Below, piece after piece: positions 10,841 through 21,232 of a stretch of DNA of 64,000 nt. Numbering within the stretch: the first letter of the stretch is position 1; each line of letters begins with the position of its first letter. The stretch comes from Candidatus Poribacteria bacterium (GTDB lineage Bacteria; Poribacteria; WGA-4E; JAJDTR01): assembly GCA_965222225.1 (NCBI GenBank), contig CBDCTK010000002.1, positions 608,001-672,000 of the forward strand, read 5' to 3'. A model generated the notes under the pieces. That model made no database searches. It worked only from the letters and a program-made list of their open reading frames with translations, and was not told the origin of the DNA. The position numbers were made by a program, and so were the translations under genes.

Positions 10841-10997
10841 TTATCAAGTCCTCGTAGCATCGCTTTACCGATTTATGCGTGTTTAAGCCTTTTGAGATTT
10901 TTATCGCTTTCTCTCGCGTTGTCTTGGTGTGACACGCTGTGGAGGAATTTGAGTTTTTCCGAAACAACTCTATTTCTTTTTGTTTGCAGAACCTCAA

Positions 10998-12233
10998 TTA
11001 CATCGGCTCCACGACAATTCCCATGAATAGCATTGTCTGTGTTCTATCGTCGTGAATGGCGAAAAAGAAGGGGCGGTCTACTCGGAAGGCGGGAGGCAGA
11101 GACTTGACTCCAACAACAGCGGTCACCGCTGCTGCTTCGGTTCCCTCCTCGTTTACTTCTATGATAGTTTTGTGCCGCACCTCGCTGATAAACAGTTGCG
11201 TGCCCATGCCGCTAAAATCTGCGCCGTTGCCAAAAGCAATCCCCATCCCCAGTGCCGTGAGTGCATCGTTGAGTTTAACTTCGTACTCCAATTCAAAACG
11301 CGGAAGTATCATCTCGCTGTCGTCCGTCGTCTCCTGAAATTGGGACATCCAGCTAAACCAATTTTGCGCGCTCAACTGCTCAATGAAATCATTTAGGTTA
11401 GAATCACGATTGGGCAGGAAGACATACATGCTCACTTTGCCATCGCCATACGTTAGCCTGGCGGCTTCGAAATTCTCACCTCGAAAAAGTGGATATGCCC
11501 CCTTTCGATACATCATCGGTACACGCTTCTCACTTCCATTCGATAGATAGAAAATTCCATCGCGGGTGGCAGATTTATCAAACTCTTTTTGCCAACTCCC
11601 CTTGAAGTAGATGGCGTTAACCAGAAAAATCAGTGTTCCCGGGTCAATTCGTTGGACAATCTGTTTGATTTTGCCGTTCGTGTTTGTTTCTACCCAGCCG
11701 TTTATGACTTTCAGAGCCTGTGGGTCATTAAAGTTAAGCGACCCAATTTCCGCTTCAAAAAATTCAAGGTTTCGATCGAGAAAACTCGGATTGAATTCAA
11801 TGCCTTGGCGTGACCAGACTGAATTTGCAATCGCGATTTCGACTTCTGGGTCGGTGTTTTCCAAGCTGTTTCGTAGCGCCGCGTTGGAGCGATTTACGGT
11901 GTTAAGTCCCAAATTCTCTATTTCTAACACTTCTGCCATAGCGCGCTGCGTTTCCCCAGCGGCTCCGTTGTAAGTCATCGTCAGCGCAATTGATATGCTT
12001 AGTGGAGAAATCATGATATTTGCATCGGGTTGTCGTTCCTGCAAATCCATAAGCAACTTGAACCCAAATACAGTGTTGGCTGAAGCAACGCTTGAAAAAG
12101 ACGCATCGCCAATGAAGTCCAATACATCACCGATAGCATCTGTTGGCGAATCTCCGTGAGAACATCCAAATAAACACAGCAGGGCAGTGCTCAAATATCC
12201 AATGCGGATTAGCCGACTCGGAAGTCTTTTCAT
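10998..12233 (-). CDS. Serpin family lipoprotein
   Basis: Lipobox LFGC, ISPLSI, NAIYFKGSW, hinge EEGTEAAA and DRPFFF. Confidence 0.95.
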   Translation of the reverse strand: MKRLPSRLIRIGYLSTALLCLFGCSHGDSPTDAIGDVLDFIGDASFSSVASANTVFGFKLLMDLQERQPDANIMISPLSISIALTMTYNGAAGETQRAMAEVLEIENLGLNTVNRSNAALRNSLENTDPEVEIAIANSVWSRQGIEFNPSFLDRNLEFFEAEIGSLNFNDPQALKVINGWVETNTNGKIKQIVQRIDPGTLIFLVNAIYFKGSWQKEFDKSATRDGIFYLSNGSEKRVPMMYRKGAYPLFRGENFEAARLTYGDGKVSMYVFLPNRDSNLNDFIEQLSAQNWFSWMSQFQETTDDSEMILPRFELEYEVKLNDALTALGMGIAFGNGADFSGMGTQLFISEVRHKTIIEVNEEGTEAAAVTAVVGVKSLPPAFRVDRPFFFAIHDDRTQTMLFMGIVVEPM

Positions 12234-12234
12234 C

Positions 12235-13410
12235 TCACCCACCTTGCGCTGCTACGACAGCTTTGTGTGCCGCTTCTGCGAGCCCGTCAGCCGCGATCAA
12301 ATTCAGACCGGAAACCGTGAGAAGCTGCTTTCCAATTTCGACGTTTGTACCTTCAAGGCGCACGATGAGCGGTACTTCAAGTGCTTCCTGCTTGACAGCC
12401 TCAATGATGCCGTTAGCGATTACGTCACATTTCATTATGCCGCCAAAGATATTCACCAACACCGCTTTCACCTTTTTGTCGGCAAGGATAAGGCGGAAAG
12501 CGTGTGCGACGGTATCGGTCGTTGCGCTACCCCCAACATCAAGGAAATTCGCAGGATCGCCGCCGTGCAGCTTAATCAGATCCATCGTCGCCATGGCGAG
12601 ACCGGCGCCGTTCACCATGCATCCGATATTACCGTCGAGGCTGATGTAACTCAAACCCGATTCACTCGCCTCCAACTCGCGAGCATCTTCCTCGTTCGGA
12701 TCGCGCATGGATTCAATGTCCGGTTGCCGCCAGAGCGCATTGTCATCGAAATTGAGTTTGGCATCAAGCGCCACAATATCCTGTCCATTATCCGTTTTTG
12801 TTATAGCGAGCGGGTTGATTTCCACAAGCGAGCAGTCGCAATGGATGAAAGTGGTGTACAGTGCGGACATCAATGAACCAGCTTTCGGTACGAGATCTTT
12901 GAGGATGGCAAGATTGTAAGCCAGCCTCCGCGCTTGGAAGGGGCGCAACCCAACTGTCGGATCTATCATCTCCTTGAAAATCTTTTCGGGGCGCGCTGAA
13001 GCAACTTCTTCAATGTTAACCCCACCTTCGTCACTACCCATCAACACGATGCGTGAAGTCGTGCGATCAAGCACCATGCCGAGATAAAACTCATCGACAA
13101 TCTCGCTCGCTTCGGCTACCAAGACTTTCTTTACAAGTTTTCCCTGCGGGCCAGTTTGATGCGTTACGAGATGCATCCCCAAAATAGCATCGGCGTGCGC
13201 CTCGACCTCTTCAGGGCTTTTCGCCAATTTCACTCCTCCACCTTTTCCGCGTCCACCGGCATGGATTTGTGCTTTCACAATATAGGTCGAGCAATCAAGT
13301 TTTCTAGCGATTGCTTCCGCTTCAACCGAGGTTGACGCTACGTCTCCGTTTGGAACATTGACACCGTGGGCTTTCAAGATTTCTCTTGCTTGGTACTCAT
13401 GTATGTTCAT
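12235..13410 (-). CDS. sucC: Succinyl-CoA ligase beta subunit
   Basis: [25 protein letters not shown] and ANFLDVGG motifs. Confidence 0.98.
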   Translation of the reverse strand: MNIHEYQAREILKAHGVNVPNGDVASTSVEAEAIARKLDCSTYIVKAQIHAGGRGKGGGVKLAKSPEEVEAHADAILGMHLVTHQTGPQGKLVKKVLVAEASEIVDEFYLGMVLDRTTSRIVLMGSDEGGVNIEEVASARPEKIFKEMIDPTVGLRPFQARRLAYNLAILKDLVPKAGSLMSALYTTFIHCDCSLVEINPLAITKTDNGQDIVALDAKLNFDDNALWRQPDIESMRDPNEEDARELEASESGLSYISLDGNIGCMVNGAGLAMATMDLIKLHGGDPANFLDVGGSATTDTVAHAFRLILADKKVKAVLVNIFGGIMKCDVIANGIIEAVKQEALEVPLIVRLEGTNVEIGKQLLTVSGLNLIAADGLAEAAHKAVVAAQGG

Positions 13411-13616
13411 TTATTGCCTCTACTTTTAGCAAAAGTGTTTCCATCTGCAATTACGAGGGCCCGATACGATTCAGTCTAGCATGGAGTAGCTTTACAAAAT
13501 CTGAGATCTCACCCGAAAGATCCTGAGAATGTTAGCCTATGGGTAGACCAATAGTTTTCTCTTGCCAATAGAGAAAGAGGAACTCCGGTCCGGTAGTGCT
13601 CTGTTTTGATGAACCT

Positions 13617-13641
13617 GTCGCGATTCGGAGATCGCTCCTAC
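13617..13641 (-). repeat. REP-like GTAG palindrome
   Basis: Exact reverse complement of 49087-49111 (GTAGGAGCGATCTCCGAATCGCGAC). Confidence 0.75.
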
Positions 13642-13758
13642 AGTAAATCTTCGAACCGACATTCTTGGTTATCTCTAAGCACTTTTTGACAAATCTATTC
13701 GTATGCGAATTTCTCAAATCCCTAAATCGAGGTGCACCGACATCGTACGTTTAGGGTA

Positions 13759-14736
13759 CTAAATCGTTGAAATTTCCTTTGCCCATTCTCTGTTGGCTTG
13801 GTACCAATCTACCAGCGCCGAAAAACCATCCCGAAATGTGGAATGCGGGCGCCATCCCAAGAGTTGCTCTGCCCGTCCGATGTCTGCCCAGGTTGCACGT
13901 ACATCTGCAGGATGGAACGGTTTATAATAAATATTGGCTTTTTCCCCTGTCAACTCCTCCACCAAATGAATCATGTCCATCAACACTACAGGAGAATCCG
14001 ATCCCAGATTAATGACTTCATAGCCTAGCGGCTTAAGCCCGGCAATCGTTCCGCGGGCAACGTCGTCAACATAAGTGAAGTCGCGCGATTGTCCTCCGTC
14101 TCCATATACCACCACCGGGCGACCTTCGCTTATCCATTGGACAAATCGGAACGGGCTCATATCCGGTCTTCCGGCGGGACCGTAGACGGTGAAAAAACGA
14201 AACACTGTTACATCTATACCGTGCAGGTGGTGATAGGTGTAACAGAGGGTTTCCGCTCCCTTTTTTGACGCTGCATAAGGAGAAATGGGCGAATTTGTGT
14301 TAGCATCTTCCCGGAATGGTTGAGGATTGTTTTCACCGTACAGGCTGGATGTCGATGCCAGTACAAATTTCTTGACCTCCGTCTCCCGGCATAACTCAAG
14401 CAGATTCAGCGTGCCAGTGACATTTGTTTCATAATATACCCACGGGTTTTCGACAGAGTAGCGGACACCGGCGCGGGCGGCTAGATTGATAACCGCGTCA
14501 GGAGTGTTTGCGTTAAACACCTCGCGTAATGCAGTTTGATTGCAAATGTCCAACTCATGGAACTGAAAACCGAATTCCTTCTCAAGTTGTTGAAGCCGCC
14601 ATCTTTTCAATCGCACGTCATAAGCATCGTTAAGATTATCAACACCGACCACCGTGTGACCATCCTTGAGCAGTAACTCGGTGACTTTGCCTCCGATAAA
14701 TCCGATGCAGCCAGTAACGAAATATACCATGAACAA
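13759..14736 (-). CDS. NAD-dependent nucleotide-sugar epimerase (UDP-glucuronate 4-epimerase-like)
   Basis: TGCIGFIG, AARAGVRYS, YAASK and RFFTVYGPAGRPDM motifs. Confidence 0.9.
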   Translation of the reverse strand: MFMVYFVTGCIGFIGGKVTELLLKDGHTVVGVDNLNDAYDVRLKRWRLQQLEKEFGFQFHELDICNQTALREVFNANTPDAVINLAARAGVRYSVENPWVYYETNVTGTLNLLELCRETEVKKFVLASTSSLYGENNPQPFREDANTNSPISPYAASKKGAETLCYTYHHLHGIDVTVFRFFTVYGPAGRPDMSPFRFVQWISEGRPVVVYGDGGQSRDFTYVDDVARGTIAGLKPLGYEVINLGSDSPVVLMDMIHLVEELTGEKANIYYKPFHPADVRATWADIGRAEQLLGWRPHSTFRDGFSALVDWYQANREWAKEISTI

Positions 14737-14850
14737 TTTACCAGTTCAGCTTTACACCATATTGAATATTAAATGTACCATGAATTCGACTGAGCATTGC
14801 CCACACGTTGACCGACGTATTGACCGTTCCTGTAGGAAACAAGACGTTAC

Positions 14851-15396
14851 TCATTCAGGCAAGTTCTCTTTAGCCGAAAGTTTTATCTCGCTGATTGCCG
14901 TTTTGAGCATCTCGTAGGTCTTCTCGCCAAAGTCTGACTTGGCATGGAAAACGATGGAACCATTGGGAGCGATTAGATAAAGATTCGGTTTCTTTTTGTC
15001 AGTGTGATAAGTTTTATGTAGTTCGCCTTTCCAGTCGAGCAGTAACGCCACCGGCGGCTTATTTTTCTTGAGTAGTCTCTTGATAAACCCCTTGGGCACA
15101 AATCCGGGGACGCTCCGCATGTCTGCAATGATATAAGCTATAATCCCTTCGCGGTTGCCATAGTCTTTCTGAAATGCCTCGCCCCATTTATCGTCTTCCT
15201 TCCGAATTTTTCTGTTGCCCAGGATCAGAAATACAATCTTTCCGCGCAATTTCTCTAAGGAATGGGTTTGGTCGTCGGCATCTTTCAAGGTGAAGTCAGG
15301 CGCTTTGTCACCAACCGTCGGAGGAGCAACCTCGTTTGAGGCGTGAGCGTTACATGCCAAAAGAACAATCGCCAGTAAGTATATGCCGAACCGCAT
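14851..15396 (-). CDS. Secreted redoxin/thioredoxin-fold protein
   Basis: Signal peptide and VGDKAPDFTLKD. No CxxC. Confidence 0.7.
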   Translation of the reverse strand: MRFGIYLLAIVLLACNAHASNEVAPPTVGDKAPDFTLKDADDQTHSLEKLRGKIVFLILGNRKIRKEDDKWGEAFQKDYGNREGIIAYIIADMRSVPGFVPKGFIKRLLKKNKPPVALLLDWKGELHKTYHTDKKKPNLYLIAPNGSIVFHAKSDFGEKTYEMLKTAISEIKLSAKENLPE

Positions 15397-15427
15397 CGCG
15401 CAACTCGCCCCTATCCCAATCATAAGG

Positions 15428-16447
15428 TTAATTTGAGTCAAACAAACTGGGCCACATCCGTCCAAGCAGAAGATGGTTCGCAGTGGTAATTAAACGGACG
15501 GGACCAAATTTGGTTTTAGTCAAGATTTCGCCGTTGGGCAACTCTGCGTCATAAGAAAAAGGATCGTCATTCAATGCGGACACGGCTGCTTTTAACGCTT
15601 CCAGCCCGCGTTCATAGGGCATCAAATCGACTTCGGCATCGTGCTGTTTTAGGATAATCTGACGACATGCTTTCTCTCCAGTGCCCACGCCAACGGTAAC
15701 AATCTGGTCCGCAAGTCCATGTAATTGTACCCCTTGAACCCCTCCTAAAGCAAGAGTACTATCTACCGCAATGACGGCTTGGATGTTGCCGGCGTAATTT
15801 TTCAGCATTCGACCAGTGACATCGAAAGCGGCGTTTGCCTCAAGGGCTGAAGTCCGGGAAATAACTTGGATTTTACCCTCATATTGGTCTAAGACACGAT
15901 GAACACCGATAGCGATTCTCCGCATGGATTCGATTTTAATGGGAGCTTCCAAAACCAAGACATTGCCCTTATATCCGATTTGCTCTAGTGCAAACTGCGC
16001 GGCTTTTTCCCCGAGACGGGTTTCATTGACTGTTACGTGCCCATGGACTGGCATACTGACAAGCATCTGGTCCAAAGATATCACAGGCACGTCCCAACGA
16101 CGTGCTTCTCTGAGAATTGGGTACGCGGCTTTCGCATCGACAGATTTGATAATCAGCGCCTGAATTTTCGATTCCAACATCCGCTGAACCCCCTGTCTTT
16201 CGGTTAAAACAGCATCATGGGTTGGCCCCTTGTCCAATACCCCGTTCCATGTGATTTTGACGCCATACTCTTTTTCGTGTTCCAGCATCGCCTGTTTCAT
16301 TAGCGTGTAAACGGGAGCCGTTGTCTGCGGCACGCTTACCCCGATGCTGATAACTGGCGATTGATCGCTACACCCAATTAGCAGGGCTATTAGGAGTAAC
16401 GACACCCTGTGCACTAGATTTGGCCCCCACACTACGAACATCTTCAT
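15428..16447 (-). CDS. Sugar ABC-type substrate-binding lipoprotein (RbsB-like)
   Basis: Lipobox LIGC, VPVISLD, and a periplasmic binding protein pattern. Start codon uncertain. Confidence 0.75.
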   Translation of the reverse strand: MKMFVVWGPNLVHRVSLLLIALLIGCSDQSPVISIGVSVPQTTAPVYTLMKQAMLEHEKEYGVKITWNGVLDKGPTHDAVLTERQGVQRMLESKIQALIIKSVDAKAAYPILREARRWDVPVISLDQMLVSMPVHGHVTVNETRLGEKAAQFALEQIGYKGNVLVLEAPIKIESMRRIAIGVHRVLDQYEGKIQVISRTSALEANAAFDVTGRMLKNYAGNIQAVIAVDSTLALGGVQGVQLHGLADQIVTVGVGTGEKACRQIILKQHDAEVDLMPYERGLEALKAAVSALNDDPFSYDAELPNGEILTKTKFGPVRLITTANHLLLGRMWPSLFDSN

Positions 16448-16514
16448 ACTGTTGGTCTGCAAGTACATTCCATCTATGTGCTTGGTTCGCCTATATTCCG
16501 ACAATCGACCGAAC

Positions 16515-19500
16515 TCATCGAAAAATCTCATCAAGACGCCAAACGAGTTTAAGTGCCTGCGACCACCCGGCTTTGGCAAAAATATCCAACAAGTTCAACA
16601 GGTCTTCCAAGGCTTGTCCTTCGCGCACTTCGCTACGGTGGTCCGCAAGTATTCTTTCCACAAATGTTACGACATCCTCAACGGCAAGGGAATCAAGACT
16701 ATAACCGGACGGCTCGCTTGACCTCGCTACGCGCTCGGCAAAATGCAAAACCTCCTTCGGATTGCAGCTAAGAAACTTGGTTAGAAGTTGCATGAAATGA
16801 TATGCTGTCGGTGCGAACATAACGCCTCTTTCCCTGTCTAATGCGAAATCAAGCACTTGTTCCATCAGTGGCTTGACTGTATTGTAGTAGCGACAGCACA
16901 ATTCTGGGTACATTCCTTCTGTTGACCTCTCAGACTCATCGTTTTCATCTGTAACCGCCAAATAAAGGCGCATAACAACCGTGTCAATTACTCCGTAGGT
17001 GTCGTGCAACTTTTTCTCTGTTTCTTCAGTCCTATGCTCCTCAAGTGTGGTGTACAGTTCTTCAATAGCTTCAGAAACCACGCCAATCACTTGTTCTAAA
17101 AATGGAATCGCTCGTTCTAACGTTTCAAGTCCCTCAGCCGTCCCAAGATTTTTCAGGCTGACATTGTCTTTCATGACCCGAAACACGGCATGATTCAAGG
17201 CGTTGGGAAACCCGATTGGGTTTTTGAGGAACTTGTCTTCGATTGTCTGTAATGCCCACGGGTTTTCACGGCTGATTGCGAGCCACATCAACAAATCAAT
17301 GAACGAGTCAGATGGTTCGACCTGCTCTGCATGTTGCAATGTGAATTTCAGCATCTCGTCCATGGCGTGCACAGTTCTGTCTTCATTCTTTTTTCCTCCT
17401 CCGACGACCTGGGCTAATGTGGTGCAGATAAATCCTTGCACGGCGGGGTTGGTTTCATGCATGGCCCTGTAGTGGACAATCTGCCAGAATCTGTCTGGGG
17501 TTTTGTAATAAATCATGAACAACCCCATTGCTGTTTCCACCCGTACCGATGGCACTGAATCATTTGCGAGTAACTCAATGGCATCTAATATTTCAGGGTC
17601 GGATTGACGAGTTGAGAGCCTTAGAAGTCCCTCGGCGGCTTTATGTCGGGGAAATGTTGAATATGCCGAAAAATCAGACTGGATGTCGTGCTCGGAACTT
17701 GGTTTCGGCAATTCATGCCTTGCACCGTCTAGAAGCACTTCACGACAAAAATCGAACAAATGACTACCATGATCGCCCGCAACGCGCCCCAGAATTGCTG
17801 CGCAAGCGGTCAGATAATAACAGAGCTGATCGATTACCTCTTTGTCAGCTTCCGTATCGCCCTTTATGGCGGTGTATGCCTCCTGCGATATTGGAAAAAT
17901 GAAGTTGGTAGCTTCGGTGGTTGGTGGCTCATTCAACCAATCCGAACGGAATTTTTCAAGAGGCGCGAAAAAGGATTGCAGTTCTCGATTTTCCGGCGTG
18001 GTAGTGTCTACACCTTGGTCTTGAAGCCGCTCCTCTTCCGTATAGTCGGACCACGTGACGGGACCGAAAGTCACCAGTGGTCGATTTTCCGGCACACTGT
18101 TTTTGCGCTCCATTTCGTCTCGGATTTTTCTTGCCTCCGGTGTAAGTAGCAAATTCGGAGGAATTTGTGCGAGAAGGAGATTTCTTCGAACTTCAAGAGA
18201 TTCGCGGTCTTCTTTGTCTTCAGCACGAAGGTTCAGAATGGTTTCCTCAATTTGAAGACGCTGCCCTGGGGTAAACTCAGACGAAACGGCATGCAAAAAG
18301 AGACCAAGTTCATAGAGTACATCGTGACCCATCAATATCGGTTTCGCAGTGCAAAGTTCAAACAGGTGCGGCGCGAAAACCTTGGGAAACCGTGTCGCAG
18401 TCTTTAAGAGCCGTCTCCAAAAGAAGGCAAACCACACCTCATCACGGAAAACATCAAGCAGTGAATCGAGAAGCGAATGTTCGGATTCCGACAGTCCCGC
18501 GATGAATTCAAACAGTGTGTCCGCCATTGTCATTGGTCGATTGCGGTGCTGTCTGTCATCTCCTATATAACTGTTGTCTTCCACAAAGTAGGCCAATTGT
18601 CCACGAAACTTGAACCTCTTTGTTGGATCCTCGCGCCATGCCCCTTGTCGTAGGTGTCCATAGATATTGGTGCGACCGATGATAAGGTTCTGGTACTGGA
18701 TTGCTGTCCGAGCTGCGACTAATGGTGCTGATTGTAGGAATTTCGGGAAATGTTTTAACAATCGATTGCAGCAATTACTGTAATCTTGGCGCCGAGTGCT
18801 TATTATGGGTAAGACGGGCCCGCTAATTAACCTTGTCGTCTCGCCGCTGGGCTCATCGCTGGACTCGTTGTGGTTAAAGACCGCGAGATAAATCTGTTTG
18901 ACAAAGTGAGGATCGTGAGGCCAGATTTTGTCAACGTGTCGTGTCAATTCCATCATGAAATTCAGCGGGAAGTTATCCTCCTGCATTAGTTCAAGGACGT
19001 TTTCAAGAAGCGTCCGCGATTCTTCTACATTTGTTTCATACGTTTTAGCAACCAATGGTACAGCCTGATAACTCCCAAGACGATTATACCAACTATTGAC
19101 AGTCGCTTCCCTCTCCCGCCATATCCATACGAGTAGCCGCCGGCCAATCTGTCCGCAAGTATTAATCACCGTTGTGTTGTCGGTGTCTCGCGCTCGCTCA
19201 AAAATATCGGAGGTAAGGGTCGCCAAGTCCCAAACAAAATCTGCGTGCAGGTATGACGACGCTTTATCAAAGAAATCAATCCAGAGAGGATCTCGCTTGA
19301 TTTCTAATGCACGAACTGATTGCAGAAGCCACATCGTTTCCTCATTTGCGATTTCTTCTCCCCGCTCCAATTTATCCAAAAGCGGTGTTAATTGCCCAAT
19401 TCTGCGCCCTTCATTTGCGATAACGCTTGTGGGAATCAGGCGCGCGACAAGGCGCAAATGTACGGATTGATTGCTTGGGAAAACGTGCCAGAAAGCCTTC

Positions 19501-21185
19501 CAAAAGCTTTCAGGGGCTTTGTACCAGAGGCGGGTGAAAAAGTAGGTGAGGCTTGGTCGAAGAAAGAGGGGTCGTGACTTATCCTGAAGAACAAAATCTT
19601 CAAATTGGCGCGGATCGTCTTCAATGAGCAGAACGCTAATTGCGTAGTCAAAGAGTATGTTGTGGGAAAAGGCAACCCGTTGTCGTGCAGAAGATACGTT
19701 TGCCAAGATTTCATCACTGAGAAGATTGTTCCAGGCTGTTTGTTTTGCTGGTTCATATAGGCTAGCGCGCTCATAAACGTCCTCTCGCCTTACGCTCAAT
19801 GAAAGTTTCTCAACCATGCGACGTGCAACTTTCGTGAGAAGAAAGCGACGGTGTTCACCATCGCTCTCCCCCTCAATTCGGTGCTTCCAGAACATATCAA
19901 GTAATTGAACTTCAGAATAAATCTGGCGGAAATCGGTTGGCATCTGCGAACTCTTAAGAATCTTCTCCAATAGCCAGAGATTGAACGGAATTGCAAGAAG
20001 GCGCTTAAATTCCTTGGATCCGCGGTTGTATATGTCTTCCAGAGGTTGAATCTGGTCGAAGGCTTCTCGAATCTCGTCCGTATCCAAAGATGAAATATTG
20101 AAATGTCGGCACAATATTTCTTCGCTTTGGTATTCGGTGTCATCAGGATTCCCAAACAAGTCTAGAAGTTCCTGTGATTTCATCGCGTCATAGGTTCGTA
20201 CCGTGACTACGACATTCCAAGACTCACTAAGGTCACGAATAGCACGGCGGATTAGATTGAAGAAGCAATTACGCGTCTGTTCGTCTCGCGCGGCGTCGAA
20301 AGCATCAAACAATAGAATTGATTTCTGGCATGAAGTGGGAACGGACTTCAACTTTTTTATCAGATCTCCTTCATAAGACAATTCTTGCCGCAAAGTTTCG
20401 GGGGTGCCATCCCCGAGTTTATCAATGGGTAGAAGGAGGTGCGGTGTGCCGGAAGAATCTAGGGAGTGGTGGAGTTCCCTTAACAAGTAGGATTTCCCCA
20501 CGCCCGGTCCCCCGATAATTACACCGTGTCCTCGCGAAGCAAAACTCCACAATTCGTTGAGTAGCTTCTCCCGATTGATTTTTATAGCTGGGGAATCTTC
20601 AATCCATAAGTCATTATTCTGCGCTAACCAATACAATGGGTTTATTAATTCGTGGTTAAATTTGTTTTCATCGCCGAATTGCTGCTCCAGAATCTCTTGA
20701 ACTTTCCGTAATTTGGGCACAGGGAATCCTGAAATTTCCTTAAGCAAGTCCCGATAATCAAGTACGTCGTTTTCTATGTCAAAAGAGAACAAGCCTTGTA
20801 TTATCTCATCTAATCCTTTTGCTTGATATGTTTTCTGTTTCTCTGTCAATACATATATGATTAGGTGGCCATATTTTGTATACCGTTCATAATTGACAAA
20901 TTTCTTCACAGTATCTTTAATTTTTTGGATGCTAGGGGTTGATGTAATTTGGTAGGCTATTCTTGATTCGTCATCGCCTAAATCTATTGCGGGAAAATTA
21001 GAACCTTCGGACAGATTCAGATTCCTCAAGTCTGTATGTCCATAGATTTCCGACAGCAGTTGTCGTAATAGGTTTTCGGATTCAACGTTGATGTCCGTCG
21101 TACCCGTTGCCGTTGAACACTCAACCTCGTATCGAAATCGTGAAAATAACACCTTTATTCTATTTTTGATTGTTATCGAATTCAC
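16515..21185 (-). CDS. SMEK-domain STAND NTPase, Avs (AVAST)-like anti-phage protein
   Basis: N-terminal DINVESEN...NLN...NFPAIDLGD...YQITST (SMEK). Walker A GGPGVGKS, Walker B LLFDAFD, and a long helical C-terminus. Confidence 0.8.
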   Translation of the reverse strand: MNSITIKNRIKVLFSRFRYEVECSTATGTTDINVESENLLRQLLSEIYGHTDLRNLNLSEGSNFPAIDLGDDESRIAYQITSTPSIQKIKDTVKKFVNYERYTKYGHLIIYVLTEKQKTYQAKGLDEIIQGLFSFDIENDVLDYRDLLKEISGFPVPKLRKVQEILEQQFGDENKFNHELINPLYWLAQNNDLWIEDSPAIKINREKLLNELWSFASRGHGVIIGGPGVGKSYLLRELHHSLDSSGTPHLLLPIDKLGDGTPETLRQELSYEGDLIKKLKSVPTSCQKSILLFDAFDAARDEQTRNCFFNLIRRAIRDLSESWNVVVTVRTYDAMKSQELLDLFGNPDDTEYQSEEILCRHFNISSLDTDEIREAFDQIQPLEDIYNRGSKEFKRLLAIPFNLWLLEKILKSSQMPTDFRQIYSEVQLLDMFWKHRIEGESDGEHRRFLLTKVARRMVEKLSLSVRREDVYERASLYEPAKQTAWNNLLSDEILANVSSARQRVAFSHNILFDYAISVLLIEDDPRQFEDFVLQDKSRPLFLRPSLTYFFTRLWYKAPESFWKAFWHVFPSNQSVHLRLVARLIPTSVIANEGRRIGQLTPLLDKLERGEEIANEETMWLLQSVRALEIKRDPLWIDFFDKASSYLHADFVWDLATLTSDIFERARDTDNTTVINTCGQIGRRLLVWIWREREATVNSWYNRLGSYQAVPLVAKTYETNVEESRTLLENVLELMQEDNFPLNFMMELTRHVDKIWPHDPHFVKQIYLAVFNHNESSDEPSGETTRLISGPVLPIISTRRQDYSNCCNRLLKHFPKFLQSAPLVAARTAIQYQNLIIGRTNIYGHLRQGAWREDPTKRFKFRGQLAYFVEDNSYIGDDRQHRNRPMTMADTLFEFIAGLSESEHSLLDSLLDVFRDEVWFAFFWRRLLKTATRFPKVFAPHLFELCTAKPILMGHDVLYELGLFLHAVSSEFTPGQRLQIEETILNLRAEDKEDRESLEVRRNLLLAQIPPNLLLTPEARKIRDEMERKNSVPENRPLVTFGPVTWSDYTEEERLQDQGVDTTTPENRELQSFFAPLEKFRSDWLNEPPTTEATNFIFPISQEAYTAIKGDTEADKEVIDQLCYYLTACAAILGRVAGDHGSHLFDFCREVLLDGARHELPKPSSEHDIQSDFSAYSTFPRHKAAEGLLRLSTRQSDPEILDAIELLANDSVPSVRVETAMGLFMIYYKTPDRFWQIVHYRAMHETNPAVQGFICTTLAQVVGGGKKNEDRTVHAMDEMLKFTLQHAEQVEPSDSFIDLLMWLAISRENPWALQTIEDKFLKNPIGFPNALNHAVFRVMKDNVSLKNLGTAEGLETLERAIPFLEQVIGVVSEAIEELYTTLEEHRTEETEKKLHDTYGVIDTVVMRLYLAVTDENDESERSTEGMYPELCCRYYNTVKPLMEQVLDFALDRERGVMFAPTAYHFMQLLTKFLSCNPKEVLHFAERVARSSEPSGYSLDSLAVEDVVTFVERILADHRSEVREGQALEDLLNLLDIFAKAGWSQALKLVWRLDEIFR

Positions 21186-21232
21186 AGCATAAACGCCTTA
21201 CGGATTTTCGCAAATAAGTGTGTGAAAAATAT

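Noticed and set aside
12143-12876. Long antisense or alternate-frame ORFs over sucC and other genes (e.g. 41079-41786, 44880-45650)
   Set aside because: They are shadows of well-supported genes on the opposite strand.
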